From assembly GCA_012295275.1 (NCBI GenBank), contig CM022675.1, positions 9,424,001 to 9,488,000 on the forward strand: a DNA stretch of 64,000 bases. The letters run 5' to 3'. Positions within the stretch are counted from its first letter, which is position 1, and each line of letters begins with the position of its first letter. The position numbers and the translations under genes were made by a program. Origin of the DNA: Chrysomallon squamiferum (Eukaryota > Animalia > Mollusca). Below the pieces are notes generated by a model, which saw nothing but the letters and a program-made list of their open reading frames with translations, ran no database searches and was not told the origin of the DNA. Of the stretch, positions 31,754 through 46,379 are shown in pieces.

Positions 31754-32629
31754 CACAGACACATATATATACATATATATACAAATATATAATCTATTAC
31801 AGTTAATTATTGTTCTTTCTTTGCCTGTAAGTAAGTATGCATTTATATGTTATTTTTAACGTAAATTAATATTCTCTCTCTCTCCTAGATATATCTCTAC
31901 ACACATATATATACACACACATACAAACACACACAGACACACACACACACACACATAAAACATTATTAAAGATACTAAAAGGTAATAAGATATTAGTTTC
32001 GCTCATAACTATTAAAATCTGCACGTTCAGCTTATATCAGTAAACCCGACACTTTGAAGTCACACATATCCAACCACCGTCACGTGACCCATGAAACAAA
32101 ATACCCATAAAGAAATTAGCATCAAGGGACGTGTCTTTTTTCATGGCTATCATGTGACCTTTTCTCACTGCATTTTGTTGACGAGTATTCAAACGTTACG
32201 AGCCCATAACTCGGGGACTGCCTTTCACGGGCAGCATTTTCACTTGACACCGGCGTCGCGCGTAGACGGAAACCGGCTACCGGTGAACGTTTATAACGTC
32301 GTGAAAAACTGAACACAGCGTCGTTATCTGTTTCATGGCGATTTTATGGCCTTTTTAGGCTTCAGACAGGTTTCTAGTGGCCAGTACTTACAAATACCAC
32401 AAGATTTTTTCACCAGGGTAGCCACGTCATGAATTCCTAACACATCTTGTTTTGGTTTTTTTTTTATTTGTACTATTTTTTTTTTTTTTTTTTTTTTTTT
32501 TTTCCATATTTATTTATTTCACCGATGCGAGACTGCTGCCTGTACTTTTCGTTAGTATTTCGTTCTGTTTGTTATTTCATTTTTATTTTATTTTATTTTA
32601 TTTTATTTTATTTTTTGTTACTTTTGTTA

Positions 32630-32680
<51 letters not shown>

Positions 32681-33369
32681 TTACAAATACATATTAGAAT
32701 GCAGCTATTTAGATCTGTCGACTGCAGTAGAAATGTTTTTCTTTTGCTGACGTGGTAAGAAGATAACGTATCGGGATAATAAACCTGTAACCTTTCTGTA
32801 CTGACAGAAGCAAGTAAATATGCAGAGAGAGAACTGCAACAGTGATACATTTTTAAAATCTTTCTGTCAACTGTCGTCTGCAACAGAAAAGTTTAATGTT
32901 TGTTTTTTCATCTCGAACTATCTTCTTCCTTCGTTGTTCGACGTACGCGGAGCTTTTCTGTCACTTATCAGGCGTTCGGTTTGCCTACAAGCAGGTGTGT
33001 TTTCAAATCCTCCCCCTCTTCCCCCCGCCGATAAGCGATAATTTTTTGTTTTACCCTGACGCAACGGTGGGCGTACCAAGTCTGTCCGACCAACAGAAAT
33101 CTCCGTCACTGTCGTCTGCTCACTGAACTAGCAGCTGCGCGTGCTCCAGATGTCGTCAGTTTATGCAGCGTAATTGTTATTTTCCTCGTCTTCTGCTGTT
33201 TCATTTATGCCTTCTTTATCGTTATTATTATTATTATTGTTGTTGTTGTTGTTATTATTATTATCAGCAGCAGAAGCATCATTATCATTATTATTACTAT
33301 TATCAGTAATTTCATTATCATAATTATTTTTGTTATTATTCTCATAATATTCATTATTATTATTCTCAT

Positions 33370-33408
<39 letters not shown>

Positions 33409-35185
33409 ATTATTATTACTATTATCAGTAATTTCATTATCATAATAATTTTTATTATCATTCTCATTATACTCATTATTAATATTATTATTATTATTAT
33501 TACTACTACTACTACTACTATTACTATTCATATTATTATTATTCATATTATTATTATCATTTACTTTATGACTCTTTTTATAATTTTTTTTACCCTGTTT
33601 TTACCCTATGTAATATTACATTGCATAATAAAGGCAACTTCAACTTCAAATCTAACACCATTCCCCTCCTCTGTTTTTAAATCCATTTTTAACACGTAAG
33701 CTACCGCCGTCCCTGTTATTTTCAAAAATTCAATTCAGCATGATCGCTATGCTGTCCTCCCCCTATTTCTGAAAAACTGGACCCGCCCATTTATAACGCT
33801 GATGCATTGTTTTGAGGCACTGGATTGAGAAATGAAGATTAATAACTTTTGGCAAACAAGTTAAGAACACTTAGACATTTTGGCACACGAAAATGAATTT
33901 GTCACAAAGCAGTCGATGTAGAACGACCCTACTGTAGGGGTTACAACTGATTTTTATTAGTTTGTTTTTGTTTTTCAGTTATCTGTTTTGTATTCGTCTG
34001 CGACCGCGCGCGCGCGCGCGCGCGTGTATAACAGTTTGACCATCATCCTCCATAACATGCAGAAACAAAAGAAACTTAAATCGTTTCGTCTTGATATTGT
34101 AATCATTTAAGATTTTGGCACACATTTGACGAAAAGTTTTTCATTTGGAACGACTCGAGGGTATGGAGTTATGGCCCCTGAGTTTATGTATTCATATCAT
34201 TTTTGAAAAAAAAAAAAACATTAAAAAAAAAAAAGAAATTGCTAACTAAAAATAAGATTCTTAGATTTGAGACACGAAAATCTTAAAATTTTGGCACGCG
34301 ATAAATTTCTTGTCAAAAACGACTTCTTCCGGAACGACTCGAATGCATGGAGTTATGGCCCCTGGTTTTTATGTTTGAACCATAACGTGAAACAAAACAT
34401 TTATCATATTCTTACAGTCTTTATCATGACGAACTGCTGTAATCCACGCGACTTGGAGAATCAAATAGAAAAGCGTTAGCAGAAATAAAGAATAAAACAA
34501 ATGGTTCTTGTCAATGCGCATGACAATAATTCATCTTGTGGTGCGTTTACACCTTAATAACCCATGATAACGATTTCCGGCATAACTGTTGTTCGTTCTG
34601 TGCTCCGTTAAAATGAATAAAGGTGTCTTAACACCTTAATAACTTAACGTATGCATACAAACATACATACATACAAAAAACGTGCATAAAAACATATACA
34701 GAAACATACACAGATAATATACATACATACATACACACACACAAGCTACATTTATGCATATATACATACACACACTGAAAAACACACAGATACACGTATA
34801 TGTATATATATATATACACATACACACACACAAACATACAGACACACATGTATTCAAAGCAGAACAGAAGGGTAAAGGTACACTTCATCTGTTATATAGT
34901 CTCGACCTTCTGAACCATCAATGGAGTGGTTGAACAAGTTGAAACAAATAGCAGTAAGCAGCTTGATTGATGTACCCACCTATCGGTAGAAGCCATAAAT
35001 CACTCGAGTCGTCTCAGAAACACACTTTATCGTTCAGTGATATGGGTAATTACTGTCGCCATCGATAACTGTTGACACGTCACGTGATCTGTCAACAGAG
35101 CTGTACTTTTTTTTTTGTATGTATGTATGATCAATTTGTTTGAAAGGTGACTTACTTCGCAAACATGTAATAAGATATTTGTTGT

Positions 35186-35238
<53 letters not shown>

Positions 35239-36542
35239 ATATCAGCCGCTAAGCTCAAAGGTTAGCCCTAAAAGTTACTTCCGGTCAAGGAGTCATCGAA
35301 TTAAAGCATCTATCTTATAGACAACATCAAAGGCAGCAACAGAAGTAAAACTATCAACAACAAAAAAATAACGACAACGGCAAAGTATCAACGACATTAG
35401 TAACAAAACAGCGGTAAGAACAATAGTAATAATAATAGAAGCATAACAGCAACAACCACAACAACAACAACAACAACAACAGTAACAGTTAAAAAAGCAA
35501 TAACAACTAGAATAAAATCACTAACAGTAATCACAATAACAGGAATAACCGCAGTAACAATAACAGAAACAATAACAATAATAAAAGCAACAACAACAAC
35601 AACAGAAACAGTAAAAACAGTAAAAGCAATAACAACAGAAACGATAACAGTAATCAAAAGAACTATAACAAAAGCAAAAAGAACAGAAACAATAACAATA
35701 ATGGACCGAATAACAATAATAGAAACAATAAAACAATACAAACAATAACAATAATAGAAACAATAACAATAATATAAGCAATAACAACAGAAACAATAAC
35801 AATAACAAGACCAATAACACCCACAACAGAAAAATAACAACCGCAATAGCAATAATAAAATCAACAACAAAAATAGAAGCGGTAACAGTAACATAACCAA
35901 CAACAACAACAACAACAAGCAACAACGGTAATAGTAATGACAATAAAAGTCATTTGTTGAAATCTTAAAACCGAAACGAGTTTAAGCAAACATGCCAGTT
36001 CGCGACACTTTTCACGGAAAGATTTTCATTCATGAGCTATCCGAGTTTTACACGTTATCTGCGACCACATGATTAATACGTCTGTCATCCGGGTCTCTTG
36101 ATTGTTGGCCAAGTCACGCACGAATAATGTAAACCTTCTAATAATTGATACACGTGTCAGTATTCTTCTAAGACATAATAAGTTTGAAAAAAAAGAAGAG
36201 AGTCTTCTTTGCCCGTTCCAATCCGAGTGGGAGACCGGTTTGTCAAAGACCGTGATTAGAACTTTTTTTTTTTTCTTCTTTTTCTACTTTCCTTGGGAAG
36301 GTACTTGTTCAAGATCCATTGTTGCTAATTTGAGCAGTTTTGTTAAATTCAAATATTTCACGCGCCTACAAATTAAACGTTAAATTTGAAATAATAATTT
36401 ATTTATTTATAATTTATCAAACAAGATGTTACGCCGCTCAACTAAAATTAGAGAAACATTTTGACCATTTCACCATTTTTTTTTATTTGCTTCACATAAC
36501 GTTTTACCTGTTTATCTCTCTTTCTCTCTGAGTATATCTGTT

Positions 36543-36625
<83 letters not shown>

Positions 36626-38577
36626 ATGATCTGTCTATCCAGCTGTCTATCTACCTATTTCTCTCTATAAATACATAAACATACAGGTAATGTAATGACC
36701 GGGATGTATGTAAAATAAAAATTCATTTTGCTATTTCGTACCGGTGCAATTGTTAGCAAACTGATAAGATTTTTCTCCCCCGCCTCCTAACATCATTTTG
36801 GATTTTTTTTAAAGTTTTTAAATAGTATTAGTAGTCGTAGCAGTAGTAGTAGTAGTACTTCTTCTTTTTTTTTTTTTTTCTTTTTTTTTTAACTGGTATA
36901 GGGATGAATTTCCATATCTGTTTATTTAATTATTTATTTTAATTTAATTTTTTTTTTTTTTTTTTTTAAATTCAGTTTTAATTTATTTATATATTTTGTT
37001 TGACTGTTGTTGGACTTCTTTGTTGTTTTTTGTGGGGTTTTAGGGTTGTGGTTCTTATTTTTTAAATTTATTTGATCTTCTTTGTTTTGTTTGTCATTTA
37101 TTAACATAGATAATTTTCATAAAAAAAATATATATATATACATATATTTGTCAGAATAGTCGCGAAAAATAAAATTAAAATATGAAAAGCCTAATTTTAA
37201 AAAAGTTTTGATGGGCATTTTTGGTGTGTGTCTTTGTTCTTGCTGATGATGATGATGATGATTTTGATGCACGGAATAATAACCAGAAAGTCTGCACGAC
37301 AATTTATACCTGCAAACCTGATCGCAAACTGATCGTAAAAATTGTTCAAAATTTCAGATGTTTACACATTTGTGAACCTCTAAGTCCCTAGCGTCGTCTT
37401 TGGCATCTGTCATTTTGCTATAGATATATATGCATATTAGATTTTGTTCCTTAGTAATTCTCAATTTTAAACGAACAAGCGTCGGTCGTGTTCACAGCCA
37501 CATGAATGGACATGATGACAGCGAGGCTGCGCGCGCAGACCGTGCACTGCTCGTGTCAAATGTCAGAAAACACGGAGATTAGTAAATGACCCTTTGAAAT
37601 CTGTAGTCTCAATGAAAATTGGCTGGTGCGTAGTTGTGGGCGTGGCTTGCGTTTTAGACAGCGGAGGGAGGGGCCTAATATGCAAATGCTATTGAAACTG
37701 AAAAATGGATTATAAGCTAAAAAACTGGCGTATCTGTTCATTTCACTTCGTTTTCTCAAACACAGTCATCTGCTCCGAAACATTTTATCACAAGCCAACA
37801 GATAGATTCATATACGCACACGTTCATTTATAATAATAATACATACACACAAACATATAGACATAGACATATGCATATATACATATAGGCATAGACACAT
37901 ATATACACATACATGAATATATACATACACACATAGTCATATACGTACACAGACATATACACATACATACATAAATATATATATATATGTATGCAAATGC
38001 ATACATACAGACAGACAGACAGAGATCTACACAAACATACGTACAAAACATGCATAATATATACCTACATATTTTCATACATACATTCATACATTCAATC
38101 ATATATACATATATATACATGCATGCATGTATACATACGTAAGTACATACGTGCAATTTATTTACGTAGATGAGTAGGTTTGTTCGTATGTATGTATATG
38201 TGTATGTCATATTAAGATTACATTAGCAGCAGAAGTAATAATGACTGTTGTATATAAATATATAGATATATATCAATAGTGAAGTAGATACAAATGTAAC
38301 AGAAGTCTCGACCGCTCTATAATTTCGCGATATTGCTTCTCTGAAAAACTTTATTGCTCGCGATATTGCTTCTCTGAAAAACGATATTGAAGCAACTCCT
38401 TCTCGAAAAAAACTTTATCACATGTCAAAGGGAAGCAACTCCTTTTTACATTGAAAATAAAACGAAACCAAAACGTTATTTACGTTCATGTATTGTCTAG
38501 TATAAATCAGTTACCATAAATATTGTAAAAATTTAGCAATGTCAAATCTAGTCTTCTTTATTTTTTTTAAAGTTATT

Positions 38578-38697
<120 letters not shown>

Positions 38698-39241
38698 TAA
38701 GTGTGCTGTTGTTGCTGGTGTTGGTGATACAATAATAAGAATTTAAACAGAAACGTCGTTAATTCTTATTGAGACATTTATCATTTTTTAATATATTACT
38801 AACTTTAATATTGTAGACACCTTTTTTCATGACTCGAGTTTTTCCCTGTCTTTAAACGAGTCACCTCATGTGCTACTGAATAAGAACAAGTTTTTTGGAA
38901 GGACAAACGTTACTATTCCGTGTTTGGGTGTCAACATACGATATGAAAATAACAGCCTGGAAAGCATATGATAAAAAATATTTGTCCTTTACCGCTGCAG
39001 TTTTCTTTCTGAGACATTTGTCCACAGCAAAATTCAGACACTATTCTACACTTGGTGTCACTAGTGTATCTTAACGCGAACGAATCGAAATATTTAGGTA
39101 ACTGCATGATGTCAGCCACTTTAGGTGATAGTTAATGTGCGATGGGATTTCATATTTTTATAAGAGTTTCTGATAAACTCTTTTAAATATTATTTGATAA
39201 CGTACTGACCAGATAAATTGTGCGCAATTTTCTTTTTATCC

Positions 39242-39277
<36 letters not shown>

Positions 39278-40148
39278 GTTTTTTTTTTCCAATCACTGAC
39301 TCAAGAGCTGATAGTTCGCATAACCAATGAGTTATCCTTGTCGATTCTTGTTCGCGTACAAAACCAGGGATGCTTCAATGTCGTCGTTGTTGTTTTTGTC
39401 ACTTACATTTAAAACCTGCTTCTGACATTCTAGCTACTGTCCTGTATGTTACTTATCAAAGGACGCGATTGTGTTTTCCAGCCAATGGTAAGGTAGACAC
39501 GTACAAGATATTTTATTGCTAAGATATTTTATAGCCAGTCTTTGAATGTTCTCAAGCACACATACGGCGCCTTGTAACAATATTATTTAATATGCGTCAT
39601 TAAAAAAGCATTTTTTTTCTCTCTCTCTCTCTCTCTTTCTGTTGGTTATAATCTTTTTTTTTTTTTTTTTTTTTTTTTTTGGTGTTGTATATCTAAAATT
39701 CTAACAAGAAGAATATAACGTCTTCGTGTTTTACTAGATTTATCGACATGTTGTTGGGAAAAGGGCACTGACTGATCGCATGCTTCCTGCCCAACATGCC
39801 GTCCAACTCAATTATAGCTAGACAATGGATGCCGCGGTTTATTTTGGCACCCAATTCAGGATCGCCCAAATCGAGGCGGACACATGTCGGATCTACTTAA
39901 GAGCTAACTAGGTCACAGGAAATCGTCTGCCTCGTGAGGATAAAGCCGCCATTGTTGGAGACTTGCATTTGGCCGCTACGTGAAGCGAGCTCCGGGAAGG
40001 AACACACAGGGCATGTCAGCAGTTAGTCTGATTTTAAATAACAGTCTATAATAGCTTCTGAAAATATATATTTTTTGAAAAGGACAGGTAAATTTAATAT
40101 TATTTTTATTATTACAGTTTTATATGTTTATTACTTTGTGTGTGTGTG

Positions 40149-40206
<58 letters not shown>

Positions 40207-40595
40207 AAAAATGAATGGTGTGAGAGAGAGAAAGAAGATTAAATGAGAGAAGGGGTGAGGAAAAGTTAGAGAGAGAGAAATGGAGAGAGACAAACAGAGA
40301 CTAAGACAGAGAAAGAGAGACGGATAGACAGACAGACTGACAGAGACATGTATCCTTGTGCTGCCACTGACAGGTAACTGAAAGAGCAGCAACTCAAGTG
40401 TGTATTATGCGTGAGTACATGAGTGCGTGAGTGCGTGTTCGTTCAGAGATGACGAGTCGGAGTGTATATTAGAAAAATAAATATTACAAGGTTTTTTTTT
40501 GTTTGTGGTTTGTTTTTGTTTTGTTTTTTGTTAGTTGGGCTTTGGGGGGGTTGGGGAGGTGAGTTTAGGATTGGTTTTTTTTTTTGGGGGGTGAG

Positions 40596-40630
<35 letters not shown>

Positions 40631-41540
40631 TGTTCTTGATCTATCTTGAACATTACTAAGAATTATTACATATCTTTTGTGCTGCAAGTATTAATTAATT
40701 TGCCGAAGTATTAAATAATTTCAACAATTAGCATTAATGTTGTTGTTGCTGCTGTTGTTATTATGAATATTATTATTAGTATTACCAATATTTTACATAC
40801 AAACATACGCACACATACACAAGTATTTTCCACATTTAGACTCTTTGGAGTTACGCCCCCTTAAGAAAAGTGAAACAACGATTATTTCCCTTATTATACT
40901 GGTAGCAATTTTATTACCGCTTCTTCTCTTTTACTACTAATATCACGATTTATAATACTAACAGATTAGCATTCATATCACAACTTTTTTTTCTGTAAAA
41001 TATTATATCTGAACAAATAGATAAATAAATCTTTTTGTATCAAGTCTCGATAAGACAAAAGGAACAGAAAAACGGATCGTGGCGCAGTATCAAAAACCCC
41101 GGCCAACTGTTACATTTGACGAATTTGTAACATACATTTATAATTTTTCTGAGTGTGAAGCAAAGACATATCACAGATTTTATTAAAATAATAATAAAAT
41201 GTTTTTGTGTTGCGGAGGATTTTAAGTTATGAAATGTGCAGAAAAGAGAAATAATACGAGTTTTTTTTTTTTTTTTCCTATTCAATAAAGGTCAGTATTT
41301 AATGGGGTTTTTTAAAGTAATTAGTTCATAAAGTAATGGGAGGGGAGTAAGTGCTAGAAGGATACGTTAAGATGTCTTCCTTCTCTTTGGGAGCTTTCGT
41401 TAGCACTGGGAACTGTATGGTCATGTGACATGTGACCATATATGGCAATTGTTGCCTAGAATTTTTAGGGGGAATATTCCGAGTCTGCGACAGAGGAGCT
41501 TCCCAACAGTTCGCTTTGAATAGCACGTTAAAAAAAAAAC

Positions 41541-41718
<178 letters not shown>

Positions 41719-42530
41719 CAGCAAGCATTGCACTCTGGTTCCTCACGTGACAGGACCTTAAATAAATGTTAGTGAAGGTGGCGACACTGGTCGTGCATGA
41801 GTTTTTTTTGTTTTTTTTTGTTTTGGTTTGTTTTTTGTTTTTGTTTGATTTGTTCCGATTTGCCACTTTATTATACTTTGTATTAATTTAAATTATAGTT
41901 TTATGAACCTGGTCAGTTTGTCCTGGTTCGAGACGCCAGAGTTACAATGTTGTATACATTACTACTTCTATATCAGGGAATACTAGTCATTATTAAAGCC
42001 CTTTCATTTGAAACCTCGTTTTGGTTCTTTGTTCCTAGGACAATGATTTCTTATTAGTAGTCATTTATGAGATACGGATATATATTAGTACGTATATATA
42101 ATCACATAATCCGCACCCCCTCCCGTTACATAAGCGGTTACGAACCTTTTCTAATAATAAAGAATGAAAATAAGGTAATAACGAGTTCTTTAAGATTATG
42201 AAAATAAAGTTGATGGATTTAGAATGTAGGTATTTCAAAATATACAAAATTTTCGAAAACGTGTTTGATTATTTGAAATTTATATTTTTATTTAAAAGAA
42301 ATAGAACGGAAAAAAAAAAAAAAAAAAAAAAGACGAAAATAAAGGTTAAAAAGAAAGAAGAAAAACATTTATAGTGGAATATCAGGAATTACGAGTTTAT
42401 TATGTTAAATGATGTCGTTGTTGGTGTAGATTTGTCCTAGTTCATTAAACGATGAAGAAAAAAATTATCTCTCATTTCTTGCAGCTCGTTGATAGGTAAG
42501 GGGTATGTTAGTACACAAGTATATTACGTG

Positions 42531-42561
<31 letters not shown>

Positions 42562-42743
42562 ATCATCATCATCATCATTATATTTCTGACACGAATTTAT
42601 TTTCAAATATTTTCTAAAATTTTGTCGAAACCTCAGTTTTCGTCTCTAATTTGTTTATTTCTTTGTTTATTTATTTAGCCGACATGTATAATTTTTATTT
42701 TTATTATTCTTTCAGCTGTGTGTGTGTGTGTTTCCGTTTCGTT

Positions 42744-42800
<57 letters not shown>

Positions 42801-42953
42801 GTTTTTGTTTTTCCCCCAAAAAGCCGTCTCTATTTCGATTGTTTTAACTCTCGTAACTAGCAAATTTTAAAGATAGACATGAAAACCGAAGTGCACACCA
42901 CCACCTAGAACTACTTTTTCGTGCAGAGCGGATGATTATAGTTGATAGCTACT

Positions 42954-42990
42954 TATATATTTCTGACAGGCCGAATCAGCAATCACTTCT
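42954..42990 (+). promoter_or_regulatory. Candidate TATA + initiator core promoter of NDUFA4 paralog A
   Basis: TATATAT at 42954 and Inr-like TCACTT at 42983-42988 (A at 42985, 31 nt downstream), 76 nt before the ATG. Confidence 0.4.
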
Positions 42991-43060
42991 GCTTTAGCTT
43001 CGGAGTAGACTAGTTTGAATTTTCCACCTTTGCCGATTAAATCATTTTTCACTCGCTACA

Positions 43061-43111
43061 ATGAAGTTGATGAGAGGTTTAACACCAAGCACACTGAAGC
43101 AGAACAAATCG
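43061..43111 (+). CDS. NDUFA4: NDUFA4 paralog A coding exon 1 (MKLMRGLTPSTLKQNKS)
   Basis: ACA-ATG start context; 17 codons; donor G|GTAACA at 43112; aligns with exon 1 of paralog B (MRGLTPSTLK vs MRSLTSTLR). Confidence 0.85.
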
Positions 43112-45578
43112 GTAACATACATTATTATTTTTATATTTCAATATTTGTAATGTCATAAATTCTAAAAAATAAAAGATAATAACTGCACGTGTCGGAAAAT
43201 GTGCACGCATTCGTGCAGCTTGACTTGCTGTTTCAGTCCGTGCCGAAATACAGTTTCTATTTTCAAAAAAGATTTTTTACGAGATTATATTTAACCTAAA
43301 CTTGTAATTTAGTTATTCGTAATAAGTCGTAACATATATTTCACCATTTAAGGTTTATGAACGATTTAATTTCTTATACAGTTTCTCATAGTATAAGAAA
43401 TGAAGAAAAGTCTAAAGGTAGTAAAAACTGAAATGCCCGAAGCGTTTTTTTTTTTTCAGTCATTTTCCTTTTAGAACGTAAACAAAATTTTAGCTTTTCT
43501 GCAAAATCTAGGAATATTATGAAGGAATGATAGTAATTCGAAGTTTAGCTATAGAAATGTTGCCACAACATAGTGTTTGGTAATTTGTTGCTCGTATCTG
43601 GGCTTTTATCGAATATAAAAATGATATACTATAAGAAAAATGCCGCGAGATACTGAGATAACATTAATATTTAAAGATGTTTGGTTTGAACCATTATCTG
43701 AATCGACCTCAATGTGGTCACTATGGCCATGTGTATATGTGTGTGCAGAATACATCATAGAAATATCATGGTATATGGTTACTGAGTAAACTTAAATCAG
43801 CTGAACAAATACAGTATATGGGTCTATCCTGGTTACAAAATTCTTCGGCCATTAGTGTTTTGCATGTCAGAAATGTCTAGTCATTGCAACGGTGGAAGAT
43901 TCTCACTGACATTAAACGCCTTCATCACTAACTTGCACAAACAGTTCTGTATCTGTATTCAGTACCCTCTGAAATAGTTTTTGAGCAATATTTTTAATAC
44001 TATGAATTTTAAATGTTTGGGGTTTATTTTAAATGATGCACTGTCTAGAATATTCTTTGGCTTTAAGATATTTTAATATCTATAATACAGGGTACTCCTC
44101 TTCTGTCTGTGGGATGTTGTATAAGACTCTTGTTGCTAACTGAAAAGAGTAACCCATGAGATTCTGGCAGTGTTTCATCTCTCAACTTCTGAATAGTCCT
44201 TAACAATGTTTCATGACTGTAAACCATTTAAAATGCATATATGAAGAGAGCCGTCCATTTAATCATGGTTTTTTCTTTTTCTCTTGACATCTTAGTCCTT
44301 AACAACATGTCCTATAACTGTTAATAAATGTTGGAGCATAAAGGGTTAAAACATTTTTTTCTTTCAGTTGATTCCATTGTTTTCCTTCGTTGTACTTGGA
44401 TTTGGTGGAGCTATGGGATATCTAACCAGACTGATTACCACAGGAATAGATGTATGGTAAGTGGTGACAACCTGATTTGCAGTAGGACAAACCATCAAAA
44501 AGGATAAAAGTGGCTTGTTTAACAACTTTAAAATCGATAATCCGTGTTGATTTTTTAATTGAATTTTTGATCCATTTAGTTTATATGCCAAGAATAAGAT
44601 GTACAAAAAGAATATTGTAAAATTGAATCATTCAGTAATTGTTAAATTGCATCTGATTTTTGAACATTGGACAGAACAACCGATTGATTTTTTTTTTATT
44701 GCTAAATTTTGACTTGTGGTTTCAATTTCAGCTGGGATAAAAAGAACAAACCACATCCCAATCTAACTCATCCACCAACTTACCAGTACAAAGTAAGTTT
44801 ATTTATATTTTTGTTTGAATGTATGTATGGAGGTATAGGATAGATGTAGATGGAGAAATAGATGTACATATAGATATACATACATAATGTAAATATATGT
44901 ATATAGATATATAGATAGATGTATCTTATAAATATCTTGAACCATTGATAGTAACACTGAACTTGGATAAAGCAATGATTAAAATACAAGGTTAAGAATT
45001 TGTCCATTTTTGTTTTTGTTAATTAGTAAAATGGTTTTTTTTCCCCACATTTTAGTATATTAATTTTTAGTGTTGACTAATTGGTTACGACAAAGAATAG
45101 GTTAAATGTTTAGTTTATACTAATGTTATAATAACCAGCAAGTAAAATGTGAATAATTATGCATCCTGGGTATGAAATTCGGTATCGCATTAAGTAAAGT
45201 TTTTCTATATATTATTTACATATCTTTGAGTGAAACTGGTATTTGAAAAGGTACATTACATATTTATATAAATAAATTCTAGTTAAACATATAAGCAGAC
45301 AGTTAAATTGTAAATTTAAAATACTCTTATCGTATAGTGATGTAAAAATATGTATAATGTACAGAATGACAAATTTACTTTTTATTGCTTGGGTTTAAAT
45401 AGATGGTCTTTAAATCTAACAGTTGAGGGTTAAAAACCTATCGTTAACTATAATTTTCACTCTGTATATATTTAACACTGAATTAAAGATAACTCCTTTT
45501 AAATTTGTTTTTCAGTTCTATTCTCCTCTACGAGATTATTCCAAGGAGGCATTCCCAATTGAGAGGCCAATGATTTAA
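43061..45578 (+). CDS. NDUFA4: NDUFA4/COXFA4 (MLRQ) cytochrome c oxidase subunit, paralog A; join(43061..43111,44368..44456,44732..44792,45516..45578), 87 aa
   Basis: Manual splicing gives MKLMRGLTPSTLKQNKSLIPLFSFVVLGFGGAMGYLTRLITTGIDVCWDKKNKPHPNLTHPPTYQYKFYSPLRDYSKEAFPIERPMI*. It matches the family hallmarks SLIPLF, one TM helix, YLxRL, DVCW and QYKFYS..DYSK (human NDUFA4 has HPSLIPLF...YLLRLA...PDVCW...QYKFYSVNVDYSK). All introns are GT-AG and the phases (0,2,0) keep the frame open. Confidence 0.95.
44095..44365 (+). mobile_element. Possible degenerate 3' part of a gastropod SINE-like interspersed repeat in intron 1 of NDUFA4 paralog A
   Basis: CTGTCTGTGGGATG..TTGCTAACTGAAAAGAGTAACCCATGA..TAGTCCTTAACAA..AAAACATTT resembles, from recall only, an abundant gastropod short repeat. 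TAGTCCTTAACAA is internally duplicated. Not verified by search. Confidence 0.4.
44368..44456 (+). CDS. NDUFA4: NDUFA4 paralog A coding exon 2 (transmembrane helix)
   Basis: Acceptor ttttttctttcag, 89 nt, donor GTAAGT; encodes LIPLFSFVVLGFGGAMGYLTRLITTGIDV. Confidence 0.95.
44732..44792 (+). CDS. NDUFA4: NDUFA4 paralog A coding exon 3
   Basis: Acceptor tttcaatttcag, 61 nt, donor GTAAGT; encodes (C)WDKKNKPHPNLTHPPTYQYK. Confidence 0.95.
45516..45578 (+). CDS. NDUFA4: NDUFA4 paralog A coding exon 4
   Basis: Acceptor ttgtttttcag; encodes FYSPLRDYSKEAFPIERPMI then TAA. Confidence 0.95.
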   Translation, partial: FYSPLRDYSKEAFPIERPMI

Positions 45579-46379
45579 ATGAAGAATTATCAGTGGTGTT
45601 TTATTTATAGATCTGTATTCTTTGATTTCCAAGTTTTTAAAACATAACACATTAAAGAAAAGAATATCATGAATGTATATTTTGGAAATATTTTTTACGC
45701 TTCTAACAAAACTGAATTAAAGTTGCTTCAGATAATATAACCAAGAAAAATGTAATCTTGTTCTAAACCCATCTAAGATTTTTATCCTTGATGTTTAGAA
45801 ACTAACTTAAATAATCCATCTATTTATGCTTGATTTGTAAAAAAATTAACATTAAATTTCATTGTCCAAACCATCTTTCCATATCCAAGTTGAAGATTAA
45901 TATGGCACATACAGAATCAATTTTTAAATGTGAATTTCTTCAGCGATTGTGTGGACTTTAAGCAGTCATCAGTGAAACTTTTTGCACTAAAATGTTGAGT
46001 TAAATATGGCTGCTTCAATCTTGTCAAGGCAGGATGGGTTTAGTCATTTTTAAAATTTATTTTTAACTTGAATATTTAGATGTCATGATACAGAAATGAG
46101 TTGACTTAAAATTTGTTTTTTTTTCATATTACTAAAGTCTTTTGAAAGCAAACCAGTGTACAAGTAAATGAAGTCAAATTTATGTTTTAACAACAGTGCC
46201 TTATTTTGTCTAACAAACCAGTGTACAACTATCTGAAATGTCAAATGTGATTTACTAATTTAGCATACACAAACTACATCATGAAGTCCTCTTAAGCTAT
46301 AGTCTTTGCATCAAAACTTGGTTTATGTGGAGTAAACACTCTGCTTTGAGTCACTGAATTATTATTTTGAGCATAATCT

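Noticed and set aside
32310-32332. TGAACACAGCGTCGTTATCT resembles miR-317
   Set aside because: Only the first 10 nt match, and no complementary 5' arm exists to form a precursor hairpin.
44364-44606. Minus-strand 80-aa ORF
   Set aside because: Antisense to NDUFA4-A exon 2 and its intron; no homology recognised.
43061-45578. Initial reading as a 37-aa micropeptide or lncRNA joining only exons 1 and 4
   Set aside because: Superseded once exons 2 and 3 were found, which give a complete NDUFA4.
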